Positions 1 to 10,738 of a DNA stretch of 26,508 nucleotides are shown one piece after another. Origin of the DNA: Eledone cirrhosa (lineage: Eukaryota); NCBI GenBank assembly GCA_964016885.1, contig CAXHJY010001049.1:1-26508 (forward strand), in the 5' to 3' direction. The stretch's first letter is position 1; every line of letters begins with the position of its first letter. The notes beneath the pieces are model-generated. The model made no database searches. It had not been told where the DNA came from and was given only the letters and a program-made list of their open reading frames with translations. The translations under genes and the position numbers were made by a program.

Positions 1-3000
1 ATTGTAGAGGGGGGAGTTGGTAGGGTGTGTATTGTAGAGGGGGGAGTTGGTAGAGTGTGTATTGTAGAGGGGGGAGTTGGTAGAGTGTGTATTGTAGAGG
101 GAGTTGGTAGAGTGTGTATTGTAGAGGGGGGAGTTGGTAGAGTGTGTATTGTAGAGGGAGTTGGTAGGGTGTGTATTGTAGAGGGGGGAGTTGGTAGAGT
201 GTGTATTGTAGAGGGGGGAGTTGGTGTTGGTAGGTGTGTATTGTAGAGGGGAGTTGGTAGAGTGTGTATTGTAGAGGGGGGAGTTGGTAGAGTGTGTATT
301 GTAGAGGGGAGTTGGTAGAGTGTGTATTGTAGAGGGGGGAGTTGGTAGAGTGTGTATTGTAGAGGGGGGAGTTGGTAGGGTGTGTATTGTAGAGGGAGTT
401 GGTAGAGTGTGTATTGTAGAGGGGGAGTTGGTAGAGTGTGTATTGTAGAGGGAGTTGGTAGAGTGTGTATTGTAGAGGGAGGGAGTTGGTATAGTGTGTA
501 TTGTAGAGGGAGTTGGTAGAGTGTGTATTGTAGAGGGAGGGAGTTGGTAGAGTGTGTATTGTAGAGGGAGTTGGTAGAGTGTGTATTGTAGAGGGGGTAG
601 GTGTATGTAGAGGGGGAGTTGGTAGGGTGTGTATTGTAGAGGGAGTTGGTAGAGTGTGTATTGTAGAGGGGGGAGTTGGTAGAGTGTGTATTGTAGAGGG
701 GGGAGTTGGTAGGGTGTGTATTGTAGAGGGAGGGATTTGGCAGAGTGTGTATTGTAGAGGCAGGGATTTGGTAGAGTGTGTATTGTAGAGGGGGAGTTGG
801 TAGAGTGTGTATTGTAGAGGGAGTTGGTAGAGTGTGTATTGTAGAGGGAGGGAGTTGGTATAGTGTGTATTGTAGAGGGAGTTGGTAGAGTGTGTATTGT
901 AGAGGGAGGGAGTTGGTATAGTGTGTATTGTAGAGGGAGTTGGTAGAGTGTGTATTGTAGAGGGGGGAGTTGGTAGAGTGTGTATTGTAGAGGGGGGAGT
1001 TGGTAGAGTGTGTATTGTAGAGGGAGTTGGTAGAGTGTGTATTGTAGAGGGGGGAGTTGGTAGAGTGTGTATTGTAGAGGGGGGAGTTGGTAGGGTGTGT
1101 ATTGTAGAGGGAGTTGGTAGAGTGTGTATTGTAGAGGGAGGGAGTTGGTATAGTGTGTATTGTAGAGGGAGTTGGTAGAGTGTGTATTGTAGAGGAGGGA
1201 GTTGGTATAGTGTGTATTGTAGAGGGAGTTGGTAGAGTGTGTATTGTAGAGGGGGGAGTTGGTAGAGTGTGTATTGTAGAGGGGGGAGTTGGTAGAGTGT
1301 GTATTGTAGAGGGAGTTGGTAGAGTGTGTATTGTAGAGGGGGGAGTTGGTAGAGTGTGTATTGTAGAGGGGGGAGTTGGTAGGGTGTGTATTGTAGAGGG
1401 AGTTGGTAGAGTGTGTATTGTAGAGGGGGGAGTTGGTAGAGTGTGTATTGTAGAGGGGGGAGTTGGTAGAGTGTGTATTGTAGAGGGGGGAGTTGGTAGA
1501 GTGTGTATTGTAGAGGGGGGAGTTGGTAGAGTGTGTATTGTAGAGGGAGGGGGGTAGAGTGTGTATTGTAGAGGGAGTTGGTAGAGTGTGTATTGTAGAG
1601 GGAGGGAGTTGGTAGAGTGTGTATTGTAGAGGGGGGAGTTGGTAGAGTGTGTATTGTAGAGGGAGTTGGTAGAGTGTGTATTGTAGAGGGGGGAGTTGGT
1701 AGGGTGTGTATTGTAGAGGGAGTTGGTAGAGTGTGTATTGTAGAGGGGGGAGTTGGTAGAGTGTGTATTGTAGAGGGGGGAGTTGGTAGAGTGTGTATTG
1801 TAGAGGGGGGAGTTGGTAGAGTGTGTATTGTAGAGGGGGGAGTTGGTAGAGTGTGTATTGTAGAGGGGGGAGTTGGTAGGGTGTGTATTGTAGAGGGAGT
1901 TGGTAGAGTGTGTATTGTAGAGGGGGGAGTTGGTAGAGTGTGTATTGTAGAGGGGGGAGTTGGTAGGGTGTGTATTGTAGAGGGAGTTGGTAGAGTGTGT
2001 ATTGTAGAGGGGGAGTTGGTAGAGTGTGTATTGTAGAGGGGGGAGTTGGTAGGGTGTGTATTGTAGAGGGAGTTGGTAGAGTGTGTATTGTAGAGGGGGG
2101 AGTTGGTAGAGTGTGTATTGTAGAGGGGGGAGTTGGTAGGGTGTGTATTGTAGAGGGAGTTGGTAGAGTGTGTATTGTAGAGGGAGGGAGTTGGTAGAGT
2201 GTGTATTGTAGAGGGAGGGAGTTGGTATAGTGTGTATTGTAGAGGGGGGAGTTGGTAGAGTGTGTATTGTAGAGGGAGGGGGGTAGAGTGTGTATTGTAG
2301 AGGGGGGAGTTGGTAGAGTGTGTATTGTAGAGGGGGGAGTTGGTAGAGTGTGTATTGTAGAGGGAGTTGGTAGAGTGTGTATTGTAGAGGGGGGAGTTGG
2401 TAGAGTGTGTATTGTAGAGGGGGGAGTTGGTAGAGTGTGTATTGTAGAGGGGGGAGTTGGTAGAGTGTGTATTGTAGGGGGAGTTGGTAGAGTGTGTATT
2501 GTAGAGGGAGGGAGTTGGTAGAGTGTGTATTGTAGAGGGAGGGAGTTGGTATAGTGTGTATTGTAGAGGGGGGAGTTGGTAGAGTGTGTATTGTAGAGGG
2601 GGGAGTTGGTAGAGTGTGTATTGTAGAGGGAGTTGGTAGAGTGTGTATTGTAGAGGGAGGGAGTTGGTAGAGTGTGTATTGTAGAGGGAGGGAGTTGGTA
2701 TAGTGTGTATTGTAGAGGGGGGAGTTGGTAGAGTGTGTATTGTAGAGGGAGGGGGGGTAGAGTGTGTATTGTAGAGGGGGGAGTTGGTAGAGTGTGTATT
2801 GTAGAGGGGGGAGTTGGTAGAGTGTGTATTGTAGAGGGAGTTGGTAGAGTGTGTATTGTAGAGGGGGGAGTTGGTAGAGTGTGTATTGTAGAGGGGGGAG
2901 TTGGTAGGGTGTGTATTGTAGAGGGAGTTGGTAGAGTGTGTATTGTAGAGGGGGGAGTTGGTAGAGTGTGTATTGTAGAGGGAGTTGGTAGAGTGTGTAT

Positions 3001-6000
3001 TGTAGAGGGAGGGAGTTGGTATAGTGTGTATTGTAGAGGGGGGGAGTTGGTAGAGTGTGTATTGTAGAGGGAGTTGGGAGAGTGTGTATTGTAGAGGGAG
3101 GGAGTTGGTAGAGTGTGTATTGTAGAGGGAGGGAGTTGGTAGAGTGTGTATTGTAGAGGGAGGGAGTTGGTAGAGTGTGTATTGTAGAGGGGGGAGTTGG
3201 TAGAGTGTGTATTGTAGAGGGAGTTGGGAGAGTGTGTATTGTAGAGGGAGGGAGTTGGTATAGTGTGTATTGTAGAGGGGGGAGTTGGTAGAGTGTGTAT
3301 TGTAGAGGGGGAGTTGGTAGAGTGTGTATTGTAGAGGGAGGGAGTTGGTAGAGTGTGTATTGTAGAGGGAGGGAGTTGGTAGAGTGTGTATTGTAGAGGG
3401 GGGAGTTGGTAGAGTGTGTATTGTAGAGGGGGGAGTTGGTAGAGTGTGTATTGTAGAGGGGGGAGTTGGTAGGGTGTGTATTGTAGAGGGGAGTTGGTAG
3501 AGTGTGTATTGTAGAGGGGGAGTTGGTAGAGTGTGTATTGTAGAGGGGGGAGTTGGTAGAGTGTGTATTGTAGAGGGAGTTGGTAGAGTGTGTATTGTAG
3601 AGGGAGGGAGTTGGTAGAGTGTGTATTGTAGAGGGAGGGAGTTGGTATAGTGTGTATTGTAGAGGGAGGGGGGTAGAGTGTGTATTGTAGAGGGAGTTGG
3701 TAGAGTGTGTATTGTAGAGGGAGGGAGTTGGTAGAGTGTGTATTGTAGAGGGAGGAGTTGGTAGAGTGTGTATTGTAGAGGGAGTTGGTAGAGTGTGTAT
3801 TGTAGAGGGAGGGAGTTGGTAGAGTGTGTATTGTAGAGGGAGGGAGTTGGTATAGTGTGTATTGTAGAGGGGGGAGTTGGTAGAGTGTGTATTGTAGAGG
3901 GAGGGGGGTAGAGTGTGTATTGTAGAGGGAGGGAGTTGGTAGAGTGTGTATTGTAGAGGGGGGAGTTGGTAGGGTGTGTATTGTAGAGGGAGGGAGTTGG
4001 TAGAGTGTGTATTGTAGAGGGAGGAGTTGGTAGAGTGTGTATTGTAGAGGGAGTTGGTAGAGTGTGTATTGTAGAGGGAGGGAGTTGGTAGAGTGTGTAT
4101 TGTAGAGGGAGGGAGTTGGTATAGTGTGTATTGTAGAGGGGGGAGTTGGTAGAGTGTGTATTGTAGAGGGAGGGGGGTAGAGTGTGTATTGTAGAGGGAG
4201 GGAGTTGGTAGAGTGTGTATTGTAGAGGGGGGAGTTGGTAGGGTGTGTATTGTAGAGGGAGGGAGTTGGTAGAGTGTGTATTGTAGAGGGAGGAGTTGGT
4301 AGAGTGTGTATTGTAGAGGGAGTTGGTAGAGTGTGTATTGTAGAGGGAGGGAGTTGGTAGAGTGTGTATTGTAGAGGGAGGGAGTTGGTATAGTGTGTAT
4401 TGTAGAGGGGGGAGTTGGTAGAGTGTGTATTGTAGAGGGAGGGGGGTAGAGTGTGTATTGTAGAGGGAGGGAGTTGGTAGGGTGTGTATTGTAGAGGGAG
4501 GGAGTTGGTAGAGTGTGTATTGTAGAGGGAGTTGGTAGAGTGTGTATTGTAGAGGGAGGGAGTTGGTAGAGTGTGTATTGTAGAGGGAGGGAGTTGGTAG
4601 AGTGTGTATTGTAGAGGGAGTTGGTAGAGTGTGTATTGTAGAGGGAGGGAGTTGGTATAGTGTGTATTGTAGAGGGGGGAGTTGGTAGAGTGTGTATTGT
4701 AGAGGGAGGAGTTGGTAGAGTGTGTATTGTAGAGGGGGGAGTTGGTAGGGTGTGTATTGTAGAGGGAGGGAGTTGGTAGAGTGTGTATTGTAGAGGGGGA
4801 GTTGGTAGAGTGTGTATTGTAGAGGGAGGAGTTGGTAGAGTGTGTATTGTAGAGGGGGAGTTGGTAGAGTGTGTATTGTAGAGGGAGTTGGTAGAGTGTG
4901 TATTGTAGAGGGAGGGAGTTGGTATAGTGTGTATTGTAGAGGGGGGAGTTGGTAGAGTGTGTATTGTAGAGGGAGGAGTTGGTAGAGTGTGTATTGTAGA
5001 GGGGGGAGTTGGTAGAGTGTGTATTGTAGAGGGGGGAGTTGGTAGAGTGTGTATTGTAGAGGGGGGAGTTGGTAGAGTGTGTATTGTAGAGGGAGGGAGT
5101 TGGTAGAGTGTGTATTGTAGAGGGAGTTGGTAGAGTGTGTATTGTAGAGGGGGGGAGTTGGTAGAGTGTGTATTGTAGAGGGGGAGTTGGTAGAGTGTGT
5201 ATTGTAGAGGGAGGAGTTGGGAGAGTGTGTATTGTAGAGGGGGGAGTTGGTAGAGTGTGTATTGTAGAGGGAGGGAGTTGGGAGAGTGTGTATTGTAGAG
5301 GGAGGGAGTTGGTAGAGTGTGTATTGTAGAGGGGAGTTGGGAGAGTGTGTATTGTAGAGGGGGGAGTTGGTAGAGTGTGTATTGTAGAGGGCGGAGTTGG
5401 TAGAGTGTGTATTGTAGAGGGGGGAGTTGGTAGAGTGTGTATTGTAGAGGAGGGAGTTGGTAGAGTGTGTATTGTAGAGGGAGGAGTTGGGAGAGTGTGT
5501 ATTGTAGAGGGGGGGAGTTGGTAGAGTGTGTATTGTAGAGGGGGGAGTTGGTAGAGTGTGTATTGTAGAGGGAGGGAGTTGGTAGAGTGTGTATTGTAGA
5601 GGGGGAGTTGGTAGAGTGTGTATTGTAGAGGGAGGAGTTGGGAGAGTGTGTATTGTAGAGGGGGGAGTTGGGAGAGTGTTATTGTAGAGGGGGGAGTTGG
5701 TAGAGTGTGTATTGTAGAGGGAGGGAGTTGGTAGAGTGTGTATTGTAGAGGGGGGAGTTGGTAGAGTGTGTATTGTAGAGGGAGGGAGTTGGGAGAGTGT
5801 GTATTGTAGAGGGAGTTGGGAGAGTGTGTATTGTAGAGGGGGGGAGTTGGTAGAGTGTGTATTGTAGAGGGCGGAGTTGGTAGAGTGTGTATTGTAGAGG
5901 GGGGAGTTGGTAGAGTGTGTATTGTAGAGGAGGGAGTTGGTAGAGTGTGTATTGTAGAGGGAGGGAGTTGGCAGAGTGTGTATTGTAGAGGGAGGGAGTT

Positions 6001-8846
6001 GGGAGAGTGTGTATTGTAGAGGAGGGAGTTGGCAGAGTGTGTATTGTAGAGGAGGGAGTTGGCAGAGTGTGTATTGTAGAGGGCGGAGTTGGTAGAGTGT
6101 GTATTGTAGAGGAGGGAGTTGGCAGAGTGTGTATTGTAGAGGGAGTTGGGAGAGTGTGTATTGTAGAGGGCGGAGTTGGTAGAGTGTGTATTGTAGAGGG
6201 GGAGTTGGTAGAGTGTGTATTGTAGAGGGAGGGAGTTGGTAGAGTGTGTATTGTAGAGGGGGAGTTGGTAGAGTGTGTATTGTAGAGGAGGGAGTTGGGA
6301 GAGTGTGTATTGTAGAGGGAGGGAGTTGGTAGAGTGTGTATTGTAGAGGGAGTTGGGAGAGTGTGTATTGTAGAGGGGGGGAGTTGGTAGAGTGTGTATT
6401 GTAGAGGGCGGAGTTGGTAGAGTGTGTATTGTAGAGGGGGGAGTTGGTAGAGTGTGTATTGTAGAGGAGGGAGTTGGTAGAGTGTGTATTGTAGAGGGAG
6501 GGAGTTGGCAGAGTGTGTATTGTAGAGGGAGGGAGTTGGGAGAGTGTGTATTGTAGAGGGAGGAGTTGGTAGAGTGTGTATTGTAGAGGGAGGGAGTTGG
6601 GAGAGTGTGTATTGTAGAGGGAGGGAGTTGGTAGAGTGTGTATTGTAGAGGAGGGAGTTGGCAGAGTGTGTATTGTAGAGGGAGGGAGTTGGGAGAGTGT
6701 GTATTGTAGAGGGAGGGAGTTGGTAGAGTGTGTATTGTAGAGGGAGGGAGTTGGTAGAGTGTGTATTGTAGAGGGAGGGAGTTGGAAGAGTGTGTATTGT
6801 AGAGGGAGGGAGTTGGTAGAGTGTGTATTGTAGAGGAGGGAGTTGGCAGAGTGTGTATTGTAGAGGAGGGAGTTGGCAGAGTGTGTATTGTAGAGGGCGG
6901 AGTTGGTAGAGTGTGTATTGTAGAGGAGGGAGTTGGTAAGAAGTGTGTATTGTAGAGGGAGGGAGTTGGTAGAGTGTGTATTGTAGAGGAGGGAGTTGGC
7001 AGAGTGTGTATTGTAGAGGGAGTTGGGAGAGTGTGTATTGTAGAGGGCGGAGTTGGTAGAGTGTGTATTGTAGAGGGGGGAGTTGGTAGAGTGTGTATTG
7101 TAGAGGGAGGAGTTGGTAGAGTGTGTATTGTAGAGGAGGGAGTTGGCAGAGTGTGTATTGTAGAGGGAGTTGGGAGAGTGTGTATTGTAGAGGGCGGAGT
7201 TGGTAGAGTGTGTATTGTAGAGGGCGGAGTTGGTAGAGTGTGTATTGTAGAGGGGGGAGTTGGTAGAGTGTGTATTGTAGAGGGAGGAGTTGGCAGAGTG
7301 TGTATTGTAGAGGGAGGGAGTTGGTAGAGTGTGTATTGTAGAGGGGGAGTTGGCAGAGTGTGTATTGTAGAGGGAGGGAGTTGGTAGAGTGTGTATTGTA
7401 GAGGGGGGAGTTGGCAGAGTGTGTATTGTAGAGGGGGGGAGTTGGTAGAGTGTGTATTGTAGAGGGCGGAGTTGGTAGAGTGTGTATTGTAGAGGGGGAG
7501 TTGGTAGAGTGTGTATTGTAGAGGAGGATTGAGTTGGTAGAGTGTGTATTGTAGAGGGCGGAGTTGGTAGAGTGTGTATTGTAGAGGGGGGAGTTGGTAG
7601 AGTGTGTATTGTAGAGGCAGGGATTTGGCAGAGTGTGTATTGTAGAGGCAGGGATTTGGCAGAGTGTGTATTGTAGAGGGAGGGAGTTGGAAGAGTGTGT
7701 ATTGTAGAGGGCGGAGTTGGTAGAGTGTGTATTGTAGAGGAGGGAGTTGGCAGAGTGTGTATTGTAGAGGGCGGAGTTGGTAGAGTGTGTATTGTAGAGG
7801 GGGGAGTTGGTAGAGTGTGTATTGTAGAGGCGGAGTTGGTAGAGTGTGTATTGTAGAGGAGGGAGTTGGCAGAGTGTGTATTGTAGAGGCAGGGATTTGG
7901 TAGAGTGTGTATTGTAGAGGGGGGAGTTGGTAGAGTGTGTATTGTAGAGGAGGGAGTTGGCAGAGTGTGTATTGTAGAGGGGGGAGTTGGTAGAGTGTGT
8001 ATTGTAGAGGGAGGGAGTTGGCAGAGTGTGTATTGTAGAGGGAGGGAGTTGGTAGAGTGTGTATTGTAGAGGGGGGAGTTGGCAGAGTGTGTATTGTAGA
8101 GGGCGGAGTTGGTAGAGTGTGTATTGTAGAGGGGGGAGTTGGTAGAGTGTGTATTGTAGAGGAGGGAGTTGGCAGAGTGTGTATTGTAGAGGGGGGAGTT
8201 GGTAGAGTGTGTATTGTAGAGGAGGGAGTTGGCAGAGTGTGTATTGTAGAGGGCGGAGTTGGTAGAGTGTGTATTGTAGAGGGGGGAGTTGGTAGAGTGT
8301 GTATTGTAGAGGAGGGAGTTGGCAGAGTGTGTATTGTAGAGGCAGGGATTTGGCAGAGTGTGTATTGTAGAGGCAGGGATTTGGCAGAGTGTGTATTGTA
8401 GAGGGAGGGAGTTGGAAGAGTGTGTATTGTAGAGGGGGGAGTTGGTAGAGTGTGTATTGTAGAGGGAGGGAGTTGGCAGAGTGTGTATTGTAGAGGGAGG
8501 GAGTTGGTAGAGTGTGTATTGTAGAGGGCGGAGTTGGTAGAGTGTGTATTGTAGAGGAGGGAGTTGGCAGAGTGTGTATTGTAGAGGGCGGAGTTGGTAG
8601 AGTGTGTATTGTAGAGGGGGGAGTTGGTAGAGTGTGTATTGTAGAGGAGGGAGTTGGCAGAGTGTGTATTGTAGAGGCAGGGATTTGGCAGAGTGTGTAT
8701 TGTAGAGGCAGGGATTTGGCAGAGTGTGTATTGTAGAGGGAGGGAGTTGGAAGAGTGTGTATTGTAGAGGGAGGGAGTTGGAAGAGTGTATTGTAGAGGG
8801 AGGAGTTGGCAGAGTGTGTATTGTAGAGGGGGGGAGTTGGCAGAGT
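1..8846. repeat. G-rich minisatellite, unit ATTGTAGA-(G/A-rich variable spacer)-AGTTGG(T/C/G)AGAGTGTGT, 27-31 bp, roughly 300 copies; truncated by window start
   Basis: Continuous tandem units; length variation is almost confined to the G-run after GTAGA; the + strand is nearly free of C; last partial unit ends ...GGGGAGTTGGCAGAGT at 8846. Confidence 0.98.
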
Positions 8847-8958
8847 TATTAGAACGTCAGGATACCTTGTTGATATTTGTTCCGGTTCTGTGAACCCTCT
8901 GAGTTCAAATCCAGCTGAGGTTAACTTTACCTTTTATCATTCGAGGGTCGATGAAAAA
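8828..8958 (+). mobile_element. Degenerate tRNA-derived SINE 5' part (octopus-type SINE)
   Basis: A-box-like TGGCAGAGTTA (8838-8848) and B-box-like GAGTTCAAATCC (8901-8912) at Pol III spacing, followed by AGCTGAGGTTAACTTTACCTTTTATCATTCGAGGGTCGATGAAA. This resembles my recollection of the abundant Octopus SINE body; family identity not database-verified. Confidence 0.7.
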
Positions 8959-9334
8959 CGTTCCTGTGTCAGACCTAAAGAGGTGGCTGACATAAAGAGG
9001 CATGGACACCCCCAGATTTACCTATGATACGCTATGTTACTTGAGCTCAACAGAGACCCAAATAGGTGTCAAATCTTTGTCTTTGTTCGCTGTATTGGGT
9101 CTGGTTTTATCTTTGATTATGATTATTCCTTCACTCAATATTCCGCACATACACCCTCGTGTGTGATATATATATTCAAAATTTTTTTCTGTTTCCCCGT
9201 TTTTTTCTCAGTTTCCCCGTTCCTTCCTCTCTTTACTGTATATTTATCTTCTATTTCTAAGACACTTCCTGCTATATCAAGCGTTAAACTAATATATTTA
9301 TTCCATGTACTGTACCGTTTGTATTGTTATTACT

Positions 9335-9337
<3 letters not shown>

Positions 9338-9388
<51 letters not shown>

Positions 9389-9391
9389 TAT
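9338..9391. repeat. (TACA)n/(TA)n microsatellite at the 3' tail end of the adjacent minus-strand RTE-derived element
   Basis: Direct reading of the sequence. Confidence 0.9.
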
Positions 9392-10047
9392 CTTCTCTTC
9401 TTGGTTGTCCGTCGTAAACGATGATGACATCTTTATTTTAGTTCCTGTCTGCCGTGGGCACGAAGGTGGCTGTGTAGGCCGATCCTTGACTTGCAGGTCC
9501 GGGCATCGCCGTAGGGCTTTGGGAGTGCACGCTAAAGAAGAAACATGTGCGGGAAAGGTTTATAGTGGGAGGGCCAGTGCACAATGACGGTCCCACTCAC
9601 TCGGCCACAGAAGCCAGAATCCGGTGGTACGGAGCACCGTCAAGACCAAGGACTTCCTTGGCTGCAGTGGATGGCTACGACGTCTGTAGTGCCTTGCCGT
9701 GCCCTAGCGCTCCACACCGCTTGCTGTCGCCGCCTTCGTGACCATTGGGAAGATCTTGTCCTCCTCCACTCACTCCGCCGGGTCCAGTCTTCGCATGCAG
9801 GGGCAGGCATCCCCTATCTAACTCACCGGGGGGGGGGGTTTCAGACACGTCCGGCTACCCTCAAACTGGTTCGGCCCGCCAGCTAAGGCGGTTTACCAGG
9901 GTGTAGCCGCTGTCCAATGCTACAGCTTCTTGGGGCCACAGGTGAGAGCTGAGTGTCAGGTGGGACCCAATGCAGGACGAGCTGTCCTGAAAAGGGCATG
10001 GCTAGCTCCCCCCCTCTACAGAGGTACATGCCCCTCCCTGACACCCC
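9391..10047 (-). mobile_element. Non-autonomous bipartite RTE-clade (BovB-like) retroelement: RTE 5'UTR-like body fused to RTE ORF C-terminus and 3' end
   Basis: Minus strand 9501-9433 translates RTCKSRIGLHSHLRAHGRQELK*, the C-terminal SRIGLxSHxRxH motif of RTE ORFs. It is followed by a short 3'UTR (GATGTCATCATCGTTTACGACGGACAACC) and an AAGAAGAGAAGA tail. The upstream ~550 bp is GC-richer, non-coding and resembles RTE 5'UTRs (recollection). No RT sequence lies between the two parts. Confidence 0.7.
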
Positions 10048-10070
10048 AAGCATATAGACACACATATCTA

Positions 10071-10288
10071 CATGTGTATATACATATTTACACATTTTTG
10101 GATGGCCGGTGACTCTTTTCAGTTCTTCCGCCCTTTGTCAGGTTTTGGTTTTTGTCCTGCAGGGTGTCCAAAATCACCCTCCTCACCAAGTAAACTTGGT
10201 GGTGTTGCCAGTTTAGTCGCCGACGACCCGACCAGGCGACAGGTTGTACTGGTTTACATGTTACCAGTAGCACTCAAGAGTGACCTGA
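10071..10288. repeat. Dispersed ~200 bp repeat, copy 1 (copy 2 at 11570-11771)
   Basis: Shared blocks CATGTGTATATACATATTTACACA, TGTCAGGTTTTG.TTTTTGTCCTGC.GGGTGTCC, CCAAGTAAACTTG, GTTTAGTCGCCGACGACCCGAC, ACAGGTTGTACTGG, TAGCACTCAAG.GTGACC; same orientation, diverged with indels. Confidence 0.9.
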
Positions 10289-10332
10289 TCATATATATGT
10301 ATATATTGTATATACACAATATATACTTAGGT

Positions 10333-10362
10333 TATCGTTCTCTTTTGTCGAACCGCTAAGTT
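10333..10362 (+). mobile_element. Possible 30-bp remnant of a second octopus-type SINE
   Basis: TATCGTTCTCTTTTGTCGAACCGCTAAGTT resembles a recalled Octopus SINE internal segment; short and unverified. Confidence 0.3.
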
Positions 10363-10435
10363 TAACTTTCAATAAGTATAAGTTCAATATCCCTTAAAGG
10401 CTTTCAAATTCTCAGACTGAAATCAATTAGAACAT

Positions 10436-10486
<51 letters not shown>

Positions 10487-10502
10487 CATATATATATATA
10501 TA
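10436..10502. repeat. (TA)n microsatellite
   Basis: Direct reading. Confidence 0.9.
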
Positions 10503-10511
10503 ATATAGAAA

Positions 10512-10564
10512 TGGGTTCTGCAGGACGAGAACTGCTTCATTCGGGAGAAATCACCAGGAAGCCA
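10512..10564 (-). ncRNA. Degenerate second hammerhead copy (core mutated)
   Basis: Minus strand reads TGGCTTC-CTGGTGA-TTTCTCCCGAAT-GAAGCAG-TTCTCGTC-CTGCA-GAACCCA: same fold, but CTGATGA>CTGGTGA and GAAA>GAAG. Confidence 0.55.
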
Positions 10565-10691
10565 ATAGCTAAGAGCGGCACAGTGAGTGTTAAAAGAAGT
10601 TTATCCAGGGTTCAATCGGGAGTAACCACAGTAAGTAAGGTACTCAATACATAGAGTCTAAATATTTAATATAGAAATGGCTTCTACAGGA

Positions 10692-10738
10692 CTTCCTGAT
10701 GATTTCTCCCGAATGAAACAGTTCTAGTCCTGTAGAAG
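10692..10738 (+). ncRNA. Type I hammerhead ribozyme
   Basis: Stem I CTTC(10692-95)/GAAG(10735-38); core CTGATGA (10696-10702); weak stem II T-TTC-tccc-GAA-T; GAA; stem III ACAG(10718-21)-ttctagtc-CTGT(10730-33); cleavage triplet GUA ending at A10734. Confidence 0.72.

Noticed and set aside
25-8736. ORFs of repeated GVGRVCIVEG
   Set aside because: Translation of the minisatellite; GTG starts, and units of 28, 29 and 31 bp constantly break the frame.
1-8846. CRISPR array or telomeric repeat
   Set aside because: No unique spacers or cas genes, eukaryotic context, and no TTAGGG-type repeat.
9054-9102. Small inverted repeat AGACCCAA / TTGGGTCT
   Set aside because: Only 8-10 bp arms and no other support; expected by chance.
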